Assembly (NCBI GenBank): GCA_973895155.1
Contig: OZ316897.1
Coordinates: 4,062,211-4,126,210 of the forward strand
Direction of reading: 5' to 3'
DNA: 64,000 nt
Source of the DNA: Marsupella aquatica
Lineage: Eukaryota; Plantae; Marchantiophyta
The position numbers and the translations under genes were made by a program. Shown piece after piece: positions 1 to 10,330 of this stretch. The notes beneath the pieces are model-generated. The model made no database searches and was not told the origin of the DNA. It saw nothing but the letters and a program-made list of their open reading frames with translations. Numbering within the stretch: position 1 is the first letter of the stretch; the number at the start of each line of letters is the position of its first letter.

Positions 1-1157
1 TACCCACATGCTCACTGCTTACTCACTGTGGTATAGGTGCACAGACCACATGCGCGCCGCTACTGTAGTCGAAAAGCACCTGCTGTAGGTGTTAGCTAGG
101 GGCACCCAGCCACCCACCCCCTTTGCAGGACGGCACCAAAACAGAAAAGCCAGTAATAGGAATTATCGTTGTTTTTAAGTTTGGTTGTCCCCTTTCAGCC
201 GGGAATACCGCTTTGCGTGGAGGAGAAGATGCTAGGCACATCCTTAATCTAGTTTTACTAAATTACTTTCTGATTGTCAAATATCTCTAGATCTAGAGAA
301 AATGGCCAAATTTTGGCTATTGGGGCCTATCATTAGGTGAGAAAAACTGGCCAAAGGAACGCAAAGACCATCACAAATTTGTAGGAAGAATAAGAAATGT
401 TGCTCCCATGGACATAGCCCCTGAACCACGCAGCTTCATGGACCATGAGACTCTCACTCATGGACAGCTCTTTCTTGTCATATATTTTCAACAGTAAGGT
501 TAGATTTTCAATATTTCCCTCAATATCGAACCTAATCTGCTCTTGTTGGGTATGTTAGAGGCAGCTTGGAAAGATCTTGCCAATTTCAAATCAATGTAAT
601 GTGTATTATATGAGCAGAGAAGAGTATTTTGCTCCAGTCCATCTAGGTAAAGTCTATCTTAGCATTTTGGCAAACATCTCCTCCATCCTGGGTTCAATTT
701 CAGGAAACCAATGCCTTTTCTGAAAGCCCTGATCATGCCACTAATTACAACCAGAAGGGGGTCCCTTACGGTATGCTTTTCTGGAAAGATTCTTTATTGA
801 CCAGTGAAATCAAAGAGTCGACCTAGCATTTACTCCATGTGGTAAGAGCTCGTCGTTGTGATTTCCACTCATCCCCTTGCCACCTGCTGATTCTGTGCTT
901 TTCCAAGGGGACGACACAGACACGAAGGAAGTGCACCATGCCACGACAACGGAAGTGTACCATGCCAAGTGCACCATGCCAAGGTAGTATTTACAGACTG
1001 AAACAATTGCTAATTCTAAGGTGATGATTTTTTCTTTGGAATTAGTTCACGTGATGATGGAGCAAATAGATTCTTCTCAGTTAGTCTTTGGGTCCTAGAT
1101 TCCTCTCAATTTATGTGGGCCACTAGATTCCCCTCGGATTACTAGGGGTCCTACTGT

Positions 1158-2450
1158 TCAACATCTCTTGCTTAATAGACCAACAAAACCTACGGGACCA
1201 ATTCCATCAAGAACAAATTGGTCAACCAAATGGTCAACTATAGCCCTCTCCCAACACCATAGTGGAGGCCAACTATACTTATTGGCACGGTGAAAGGACC
1301 CAAGGACCCGAGCTAAATAACAGACCAATAAGAGTACCAACATAGACCAGTTCATTAGTTTATTTTCATTAGGTGAGAAACATATAATAAAAAGATAATA
1401 ACCATACAAAAAAAAGCAAGAATAAGTTTTGGATTGAAGAAATTTCTGACATGGAAGCAAGAAGTAAGTGAAAAAGTTAGTCAAAAGTATTTAACCAACA
1501 CTCCCAGGTGACCATAAAATGAATTCAATGGCCTTGTATGACAGTGCAAACTTTATTTATTTGCCTGATATTTTTATTGCCATTCAATCCGTATGCTTTA
1601 TTATCCTTACAGTGTGTCATCACAACAAATTTACCTCATGGGTCCTACAAAACTTCTCACAGGTCTCTCACATAAATTTCATTACAACTAGACCTCCTAC
1701 ATAGGTTCCATCTGTATGGGTGTTATGTGATGTCTAATTGCATGGTCCACTCTGCATTTTCCACTGCACTCCACCGTAGATTGGGTCATAGTCCACCCCA
1801 TTTATGTCTATGCCTCATACGATTATAGGGTTCTAGGGGATCCTTTGCTACATGATAACTAGTTTTTTATAACATTAGAGTTCAATACTTGCAGTTTTGC
1901 ACAATTTTTCTGTCATAGGGGGGGGGTGTTTCTGCAGTTTTTCTAGATTTCATTTTGGTTGGAGGGTTTAAGGGGATCTCAATTTATTGCCTGTTGCAAT
2001 TGATTTTGAGAGGTAGTCCATTTTTTTATTGTGGAAAGAAGGGGGCATTGGCATTTAGCGGAGGTATTCCAGCCATTGACTCCTTGTTGTTTTTGTTTCA
2101 CATTTAGACAAATTTTGAAAGTTACAACAGGGGCAAACAGCCAAACCTAGAGTATTCTTCTAGCATGTACCTCTCAATCCAAGTTGTAGACCATGCATGA
2201 ACTGCTAGAAATAAGTTGCCACCTATAGGCCGGGGCCCTTAGTTTACATAGTGTTCCCTTATCGGGAGGGAGCCCCGCCTTTCTCTGTGTGCTATTCCTG
2301 GCGCTAGTGCTACTGTCTTTTTCAGAGATTCACTAGAGTAGCATGCCATCTTGTTTTGTCTCAACACATATCCCATCGCTCCTTTTCGATTAATTATTAC
2401 TTTGTCATATTTTTCCACCATCGGTTTGACAAACACTGGCAAACTAACTC
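1158..2450 (-). mobile_element. Highly degraded L1-type LINE remnant (ORF1 DUF4283-like piece followed by endonuclease-like piece)
   Basis: Minus strand ~2100-2240 reads GPRPIGGNLFLAVHAWSTTW then VWLFAP after a frame change, resembling the GPW..GG..L.V..W / VWV.LP motifs of plant LINE ORF1. Downstream, ~1500-1800 reads EVL*DP*GKFVVMTH, resembling the DPxGRFV motif of the APE endonuclease. Order is consistent with ORF1 then ORF2. Many stops. Confidence 0.35.
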
Positions 2451-2600
2451 AGGTTAGCTCAGAATGATCCTATGATGATCATCTTGAACCTTTTGTTTAA
2501 TTAGATGGTTGAGACTCCCCTCAACCACGACTGATCTATCCTGCAGTGCCCACCACCACAGGGATGCTCAGTCTATTGCTGTCATCTCCTAGCCATTTTG

Positions 2601-2666
2601 CTTCTGGTCCTCTTAAGTTGTCATGGGAATAAACTTCTGGTCCTCTTAAGTTGTCATGGGAATAAA
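2601..2666. repeat. Perfect 33-bp tandem duplication (cttctggtcctcttaagttgtcatgggaataaa x2)
   Basis: Direct reading of two adjacent identical copies. Confidence 0.95.
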
Positions 2667-4190
2667 CCCGCCCCAAGTTGGAGGGTGGGGCAGGGGGTGT
2701 GCAAGTTAGGATGCATGTTCGAGTGGGGGTTAGAGTCAGCCATCAGATGTAAATTTCTTGTTACATTTTACCACAGGTGAATTATTTTGAGCTTCTTTGC
2801 GTTAGTTTCTAGAAAATGATTAAAACTGATGGAAAGTACTAATTAAACTAAAAAATAGTGGCAAGGCAACTTCGGGTAGGTTCCCGCCAACTGTTAGGGA
2901 TACTTAGAAGTTTGGGAGTCAACTATCATGAATTATATGAAATTAACTTTACAAAAGTTAGCTATTCTTGAAGGGTTCCAATAGGATTTTTGGTCTAACT
3001 TGGTTACTAGTCTTGAGATTGACAGTCTATGGGAGGCCATCGGTGGAGGGGTACCAAAGGAGGACAGACAGGAGAGTGAGCACTGAGGAAATTTTTGGCC
3101 TAAATTGCTATCAGAAGATGACTGCTCTACGATTGTCTTTTTTTTGTAACCATTCTGGTGCTGAGAGGTACCATTGGTGCAGGGAAATTTGGCACCCCAG
3201 CCTTGGATATTAAGAAATTAGGAATCACCTTCCGAGGGGACAACGGACAATGATGGAATTGAAGATGTCAAAAGGAGAGGCACGCAACCAGACTCTCAAG
3301 GCCAAGAAGGTAATAGAAATCTAGGACAGGAATTTTCAACCTGTGAAGTTTTTCAATCCAAGCAATGAACACCACATACTTGGAGAAGCGGTGAAGGATT
3401 GGTATGAGCAAAGAACCAAACACATTGTGAAGAATAGGAGACAAGGAAATCTGACAGACAGTGGGGATTCCAGGTCACAGCCCCCGCCTTGCAACAATCC
3501 GAATGGACATTACTTGACGTTCATTAATAAGCCCCAACATAGAATGCCCTGTAAAATACAATGACTAAAATCACTAAGGGCATTAAATATGTCCCCCAAA
3601 ATGAAGAGGGTAACCCAAGCTTTCCCTTCACAAAAATGGCTGAGAAAGGTTATTAACTTAGGGAAAACCAGGGGAAAACAGAACTATGCGCCTGCTAAGA
3701 GGAGGAGGCAGAAAAAGACAGAACCAACAAACAAGGGGGCCTAGGAGAGGGAGCACCCCCAGAGAGAAGGAGGGCCAAACGAATACAAAGAGGGTAACCC
3801 AAGCTTTGAGAATCACATTTCCTGGAACTAGGACAAGAAAAAGTAAACTTATGAAATTGATGGAAAAAGTAAAAGGACCGTGTAACAATGTTCTAGCATG
3901 CAATTGGTTGAGAACCCTGGAAGAAGTTAAAAATGGTCAAAACTTCAGCAACGCAATATATTAGATTCTGGATATGTATCCATTCAATGAGACAAACTGT
4001 TATTTTGTCACATATGGTAAACTATGATATCTCTTTTAAGTTTTGTAGATTTGTGGTACTTCCCATAATCCCCTCCTAAAACGAAGGGAGGCATCATGGA
4101 AAATTAATGTTCTATAAAATACAAAGAGAAAAATCAATAAAAGCCTATAATTTTTAGATTGTACTTTAGGCTGTACAAACTCAAGAATTC

Positions 4191-4410
4191 TTTACAAAGA
4201 GACATGTAGAGGCAACTCTCAAATGCCCTTGCATTGCCTTTAATGGGCATTGTCGACCATCAAATCTCAAATGCCCTTGCATTGCCTCTAATGGGCATTG
4301 TCGACCATCAAGTGCAGGGAAATACAAAAAATAATCCTTGATGGGCGACAATGCCCATTAGAGGCAATGTAAGGGCATTTGAGAGTTGCCTCTACTTGTC
4401 TCTTTGTAAA
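4191..4410. repeat. Foldback / long inverted repeat (MITE-like), ~73-bp arms, left arm containing a ~48-bp tandem duplication
   Basis: Left arm tttacaaagagacatgtagaggcaactctcaaatgcccttgcattgcctttaatgggcattgtcgaccatcaa matches the reverse complement of ~4338-4410 with about 4 mismatches. Confidence 0.9.
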
Positions 4411-5085
4411 AAAAATGAAACATAACTTGTATGAACTGTGGGCCAGATTGTAGTCAGATTTGGCCAACTTGGCGCGCAGCACTCACCTTGTTGGGATATG
4501 ATACTTCACAATACCATACGGATTTAAGTTTGGCGGTTTAGAGTAATTAGATTTAGCAAACTTGGCAAGCAACAACTTTGCTGGGCAACTGGGCAAGTGA
4601 GGACGGCCGGTAGAAGAATACTATTATTGAACCCGAGCTTGTCTCAACTCATTATGGCTGTGGAGGTTGTACCTTGGACTTGGAGAGTTGAGCCATTCGT
4701 GCATTGCTGTTAGTATGCTCATGACTGTAAAGGTTGTTTGGAATTGCTATCCACTCTCTGTCTCTCTGACTCGTTTTCCGCCTTGGAAATCGCATTCTAG
4801 TTTAAAAAAGGTAGTACGATACACTCGATTTGTCTGCAAACCCTTTTTCCACCCTCGTCTCCTTTATTTACTCATGATGGCAACGCTCTTAAACTTTCCG
4901 CACCGACTTTTGTCTCTTTTCAGTGTTCACATATTGTGTCAGGTGATATCCAAAGTCAGCCGGTCACCTCATTATTGAAGTCCTTTTCCTTTGCTAGGTA
5001 ATTCTGGAGTGATGAATTTTAGTGTAATCTACACTGCATAGCTACAGTAGGTTGATATCGCTCGCAGCCTAAATTTAACTATCTA

Positions 5086-5453
5086 CACTGTTTGACGTAA
5101 TTAATGTGATTAACACTAATTCGAGAACACCCATTTTCATTTTCAGGGTCTATTCGTAAATTAATGTTAGTCACACTAATTTTATACTAACATTATATTA
5201 GTGCACATGAATTAGTGTTATTATGATTTTAAAAATGGTAAAATACAAAAAAAACTATATTAAAAAATACACAACAATTAGTGTTACTTTGGACTAGAGA
5301 TCATTCATTTTTTACAAGCAATTTAAATTAAACTGAAAAAAATTCATTTTGAAAACCAATAAAAATTAGTGTTATTTGGACTCAAAATTATTTTTATCAA
5401 AATTAGTGTTACTAACATTAATTTTTGCATAACACTAATTAGGGTGAACAGTG
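5086..5453. mobile_element. 368-bp non-autonomous DNA transposon with CACTGTT...AACAGTG termini, TA flanks and subterminal AATTAGTGTTA repeats
   Basis: ta|CACTGTT at 5086 and AACAGTG|ta at 5453. Imperfect ~25-bp TIR. About 10 exact or variant copies of AATTAGTGTTA/TAACACTAATT in both orientations inside an AT-rich body. Confidence 0.8.
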
Positions 5454-6507
5454 TAAGTACAAAAAATGCCAAACTGAGGGACAAGACAGAAAGTGAAGGA
5501 GACAAGACCTAAAGTGAAGAAACTTGAGGTAGAAAACCTTGGAATACCAAAACAGTTAACAAGTCCTAAAGAAATGCTGAGTATCAAATTGAAAAGCCTA
5601 CTACAACTCCAAAATAAACCACACTAGGGACCGACTGGAGTCTGAATCATAAACATTGTTGTATGAATTATAGCAAGTTCATCTTGGAAATGCTTAGTTT
5701 TTATTTACAACAATAAAAACGGACTTGTATTGTATCTTAGCAAGATATATAAAATAATACTTTTCTTGAAAGAGGTATGATTAGGGTGGACATGAAGAGT
5801 GTTGTAGGGTACGAGGGGGAGGGTTGAAGAGGAATGACGGGGACATCGTGCAGTGGCAGTGCTTGAGAGACGTATCTTTCTAGTTCCCAAATGAACCATT
5901 GAAATGTCTTAATTGTCCAGCTGCTCAAATAGGGATGTCTGCATACTACCGGTAGCCTGCTATATGCACGGCCAGATACAAAGATTGGAAATTGGACACT
6001 GATATTTGCTCATATACAAATGTTCTTGTACCAGACTGAACCCAAGAAACAATATAATAGAGTCATGGTCTGGACTTGGGAGATTTGGAATGGGATGATG
6101 GGAGGAAATCACCTTGCTGTTAATCACACGTTAAGGTCATTGGGTGGTTGTAATGTTTTTTGGTGCTTTAAGCTGCTGCCACCTTAGCACTTTTTGGGTG
6201 GATGATATCTCATTATTTATACCGTATATTTATACGGTTCACATACGGTTGATATAACTTTTTTTGAAAAATGAAAACTCCCGCGGTGGAGAGTGAAACT
6301 TTATTGAGAACAATTGAAAAAATTACATCAATGAGGGTCGTCTGACCAATTCCCATGAACAGTGTGCGGTTTGTCTGACAAAACCATGTGCAAGCAATAA
6401 TATCAACTGTCTAATATCTATGTCTAATGCACCTCCTAACTACTGAGCAAAAGTGCCATGCCGGCCAGCTTACTACAATCAGCCTACATCTACAAGTAAC
6501 TACAACA

Positions 6508-8357
6508 TTAGTTTCCCAGCTTCCCGATAGAAATTGAAATAGTGCAGTTGGTGATCGATTGCACTTTCGTAAAAAGTGCCTGAACAGGATTCACAACAAC
6601 AGAGTTGGGTCTCAAATTCTCGAAATGCTCATCCCAGTTGTAGTCGTCGACCCAGCCGTCATCCCTCCAGTCGACCTTACCATCTGCACTCACTTCACAA
6701 GATAATTCGCTCTCAATCATGGGAGTCAACTCAATCACCATAGGAACCATCTCATTAAGAGCAGTCATCGCCTCAGTTGTAGCAGGGGTCTCGATCATTG
6801 CAGGAGTCTCTTGCACTCCTGGACCCGCTGCTGGAGGGATGTACCCAACAGCGGGAGCCATGTCTGCACCAACAGCAAACTACACAAATTAGTAAGGCTT
6901 CAAATATTTAACAAAAAACATCAAATGGCTGCAGATCGACATGACAGAAATAGCACAAGAATACCTTCATCTCCTTTCTTCCGTTTGTTAGGCGAGCCAT
7001 CATCATCATCTCCATTCACCACCTTTTGTTTGTAGCGTTCTGTCTCCTCATGAAATTTCGCTTCAAAATTGGATGAACCACTGGCTCATTTCTGGGCCGC
7101 TATAACCTTCGACTCTGTGCTGCGATCGTATCGAGCGTAGGCACCCTGGCTCTTATGGCCTGTAATAATCATCCCAACTTCTGCAGGAACATCTTCAGTC
7201 GCCATGCGAGTCACACATGTGGTCTTGCCAGATTTGTTAGTAACACCATCTGTAACCAAACCACACTCTCGATGAATCTCCTTGAGAATACCACTCAACT
7301 TCTTCACAGAGACTCGTTGAGTCGAGTACCATGCGTGAGTCCGGGGGCTATCAATGCATTGGTAAAAAAGAAATATAGCAGCAACAGGTAAGTGAGAAAT
7401 CAAACTCTCGATAGTTTCAACCATGGAAGTGTCGTAGCTTGTTACAGCAGGACGAAAATGTTCATCCTGATATCGACCGAGACCAACTTTGTAGTTCTTG
7501 GATAGACGCTCATCGTATCTAACAAACGGCCCATTCTCATTGCAGCCAATTTCGAAGTCTGTCTTTGCCAATAGATGTAACTCGTCGCCTCCACGAATGG
7601 CAAATCAAAACAGAAGGAAATACACTGCGCGGCGCTGCAGGCCACGAGGGTGAACAGTTCCTGTGCAGGGGTGGGATAAAATAGTGGCCTCGTCAGCCAA
7701 TGAGATGACGGATGCCTTTTTGCGAGGCAAATTAGCACCATTAGATCTTGACCTTTCCATGGCTAACACGCAAGCAATGCCAACTTGCTTAAACAAAGGA
7801 CTCTCGCGCATGTGAAATATAGGCTCATCCTTCCCTGTCTGTACAATTCGGACTTCCTGGCGGCGCCTCAATACTCGATGGAATGCTCGGTATAATCCCA
7901 TTAACGTCTGGGTTGGATACAAGCTGCCGTCCTTTTTACAAATCTGCTCAAAAAACTTGATTAGGATTGAGGCACATTCAGCCAAAGAGAGATCCTCAAA
8001 TGCAACTGTTGTATCCCATCCTCTGAACTCTCGAAATCGAGTCAAGCGGTTCACTGCCCATCGATCCACAACAGCGCTGGGATTAGAACCACCCTCGGAA
8101 AGGGTCTTCTGAAACTGTGGGTCTTCAGCAAGAAATTCTACCGGTGCCTGCCCTTGCACTTCGATCATGATAGGGTCCTTCTTAGGACGCTCATCAACAT
8201 GTAAGCTGTCTAGGCTCGCATTCAGCTCTTGCAGCTCAGCCTGGCAGCTATCATTAAACATGGACTGAGTCGAGCAACTACTCATCGTGTCATCGGAGAT
8301 GCCAGTGCCTTTCATTGACGACATTCCTAAGCTAAATGTTGGCTTGTCTATGATCAT
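6508..8357 (-). pseudogene. Crypton/DUF3504-family tyrosine recombinase, complement(join(6508..6863,6965..8357)), two in-frame TGA codons (7605-7607, 7086-7088)
   Basis: Core-binding region WAVNR...LIKFFEQICKKDGSLYPTQTL. Catalytic region FAIRGGDE, SKNYK, WYSTQRV, TNKSGKTTCVTRM, TGHKS, YARY. ORFs 7605-8357 and 7086-7571 share a frame, which continues past 7086 (ASGSS...NKRKKGDE). A 101-nt GT-AG intron (6864-6964, phase 1) joins in frame to ORF 6508-6861, which ends ITNCTISI like Crypton C-termini. Confidence 0.85.
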
Positions 8358-8385
8358 ATATCAACAATGCACAATGCAGCGCACT

Positions 8386-9060
8386 CCTCCAACACTCGCC
8401 AACCTGCAGTTGCACACGAAAATGCCAGCCTAAAATAATCGGAGGCAGCAGCGACGCCTGTAGCGATGGCAACACTAAATTAATCATGGCAGGGAACAGG
8501 TCGATCACGTCATGCATAAAATGATCGACGGCAGCAGCGAAGGTGAACAGAAAGGTGAGTAACAGCTAGCAACAAAAAATGTGAACGGGCCCTCCAGCGC
8601 TTCTCGCTTGCAAACCTCCAGATGCGAGCAAAGAAGATAGTAGTCGATAGCAGGATTCGCGTCAAGAATCAATGACAAAAGCAATAGCCAAAAATGATTA
8701 GAAACAACAAGAGCGGCCCGTCCCTCCAATGCCTCCAGCTCGCCAACCTGCAATTACGCATTCATCAGTCCACGTAGTGGCAATTACAGCAGGAATTTAT
8801 CCTAATTCTGAATCCAAGAATCGATGGCAGCAGCGTCGTCAAATGAAATCAACAACATAAAAACAGTGGCGCTGAAAGAATTCTGGCAGTAGCATCGTGC
8901 AAATGAAATTAACAACGTAAAAATAGTGGCGCTTAAAGAATGGATGGCAGCAGCATCGCGTAGATGAAAATCACGGCAAAAGCAAAGGAAAACTTGAATG
9001 CAAACTAGTGACCGGGCCCTCCAATGCCTCCATCTTGCCAACCTCCAATTCTGCATCAAC
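8386..9060. repeat. Repeat-rich region upstream of the recombinase: 4 dispersed CCTCCA...CTCGCCAACCT(G/C)CA modules and a ~60-bp tandem repeat x2.5 (8817-8972)
   Basis: Modules at ~8386, ~8587, ~8722 and ~9015. Tandem unit approximates atggcagcagcatcgtcaaatgaaatcaacaacataaaaacagtggcgctgaaagaat. Confidence 0.85.
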
Positions 9061-9357
9061 ATTCCATCGTAGACTCAAGAACTGAAGACCTGGCCACATG
9101 AGAAGTCGGGAGGACGCTACAAAGCAATCAACGAGTTCTGGAAAACCCATGAATAATAGCTGACAGATGTACAGTAAAGCGCCATATAGGTGGCGGCCTA
9201 TGGTGGACTATTGCCCTAATCCGTTGGACCTGGCCGCTTAGCGCCTTTTCATCCCAGCCATCCATTAATTTTCACGACCCTAACACTGCACGACACTTGG
9301 ATAGCCGTCCGTTCCATCTTAAATGAATCCAGGCTGTTCATGATGATCCTTAACGTC

Positions 9358-9477
9358 GATTAGGGGCTCGGCCCTCCCCATAATGGGCATACGGGTCTAC
9401 GCGTATGCGTCGGCCCACGGGGCCTCCACATACGCTCGACCCTATACCCCATTATGGGGCGGGAAGAGCCCTTAATC
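9358..9477. repeat. Imperfect 120-nt hairpin (arms 9358-9407 / 9429-9477, inner ggccc-acg-gggcc stem)
   Basis: gattaggggctcggccctccccataatgggcatacgggtctacgcgtatg versus the reverse complement of the right arm, gattaagggctcttcccgccccataatggggtatagggtcgagcgtatg. Confidence 0.9.
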
Positions 9478-9665
9478 CTACACATTAAAATGTGATAAAA
9501 ATGCATTCATTGATTTGAAGAAAAATTATGAGATTTATAATGTTATGGAGGGATGTCTTACCTTATATGTCATATTTTGATGTGCAATTACTAGACCCAG
9601 GAAATCATATCAAAATTAGCTCAATACCAGTACCTTGTATAGAAGATGCTGTTACATGAACAATG

Positions 9666-10330
9666 TCAAAGTGTTCTTATGGAAACTATAGCATTATGCA
9701 AAGGTTGTTGCACAAAAAATATCATTACAATATCTTTTAAGCTCCACAGGAAAGACTGTCCATCTAGACTTTGTGTGATCCCATAGAAAATCTCATTTTT
9801 CTGAAGGAGTTTGGCAACCTGAGAGTATTGATTTTGGTGAGTTGCAACGAGTTGATCAGTGAGGTGCAGTGGTGTTATGCTCTGCAACAACTGAGTTTAA
9901 GCCAAGGCAAAGTGGGAGAGTGCATCGGTGATCATTGCAAAACTAGACTCTTGCAGCTCTGCCACAAAATTGTTTGTGGTTTGCTGCAGCACAATTTAAA
10001 CGAAGACGCCCCTCAATTCTGCAGCCCTAAATTGAATGCCAGGCATCATATTTTACTCGAAAAATTTCATGCCTGTAACCCCCTCAATAGCGGGGCCTCA
10101 CAACACTTAAAAGTGAAGACTAGCTTTCTGGCCCTTAGGCTCCTATTTTGTGAACCTCAAATAAAACGAAATGACAGTGTACACTTGCCTTTCAATCATC
10201 CTCCGGAGCACCATAAATTGCTGTGGTGCATCTCTCATGGCCTTATTCCGTGTGGCTTTGGGAGAATTGAGGGTCACAAAATTGAGGGCAGGTGGCATGC
10301 AAGACGGCCCAGGGTCTTGCCAGAGTAACT
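9666..10330 (-). pseudogene. Decayed reading frame of unknown product (probably TE-derived)
   Basis: One minus-strand frame runs ~220 codons (LLWQDPGPSCMPPALNFVTLNSPKATRNKAMRDAPQQFMVLRRMIERQVY...QVAKLLQKNEIFYGITQSLDGQSFLW) with six internal stops explicable by C-to-T. The stop-free + strand ORF 9771-10328 is its codon-register shadow. No family recognised. Confidence 0.35.

Larger units (their letters stand above)
6211..9498 (-). mobile_element. Crypton-like tyrosine-recombinase transposon (boundaries approximate)
   Basis: Contains a DUF3504/YR gene. A palindrome (accgtata-tt-tatacggt, 6221-6238) lies just beyond the gene's AATAAA (minus strand, ~6300). A 120-nt hairpin lies at 9358-9477. 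No long TIRs, LTRs or clear TSD, as expected for Cryptons. Confidence 0.7.

Noticed and set aside
5700-6100. Possible LINE RT remnant (SLKHCHCTMSPSFLF versus RQGCPLSP.LF)
   Set aside because: Similarity too weak to separate from chance.
9771-10328. 185-aa + strand ORF
   Set aside because: Best explained as the antisense shadow of a decayed minus-strand frame.
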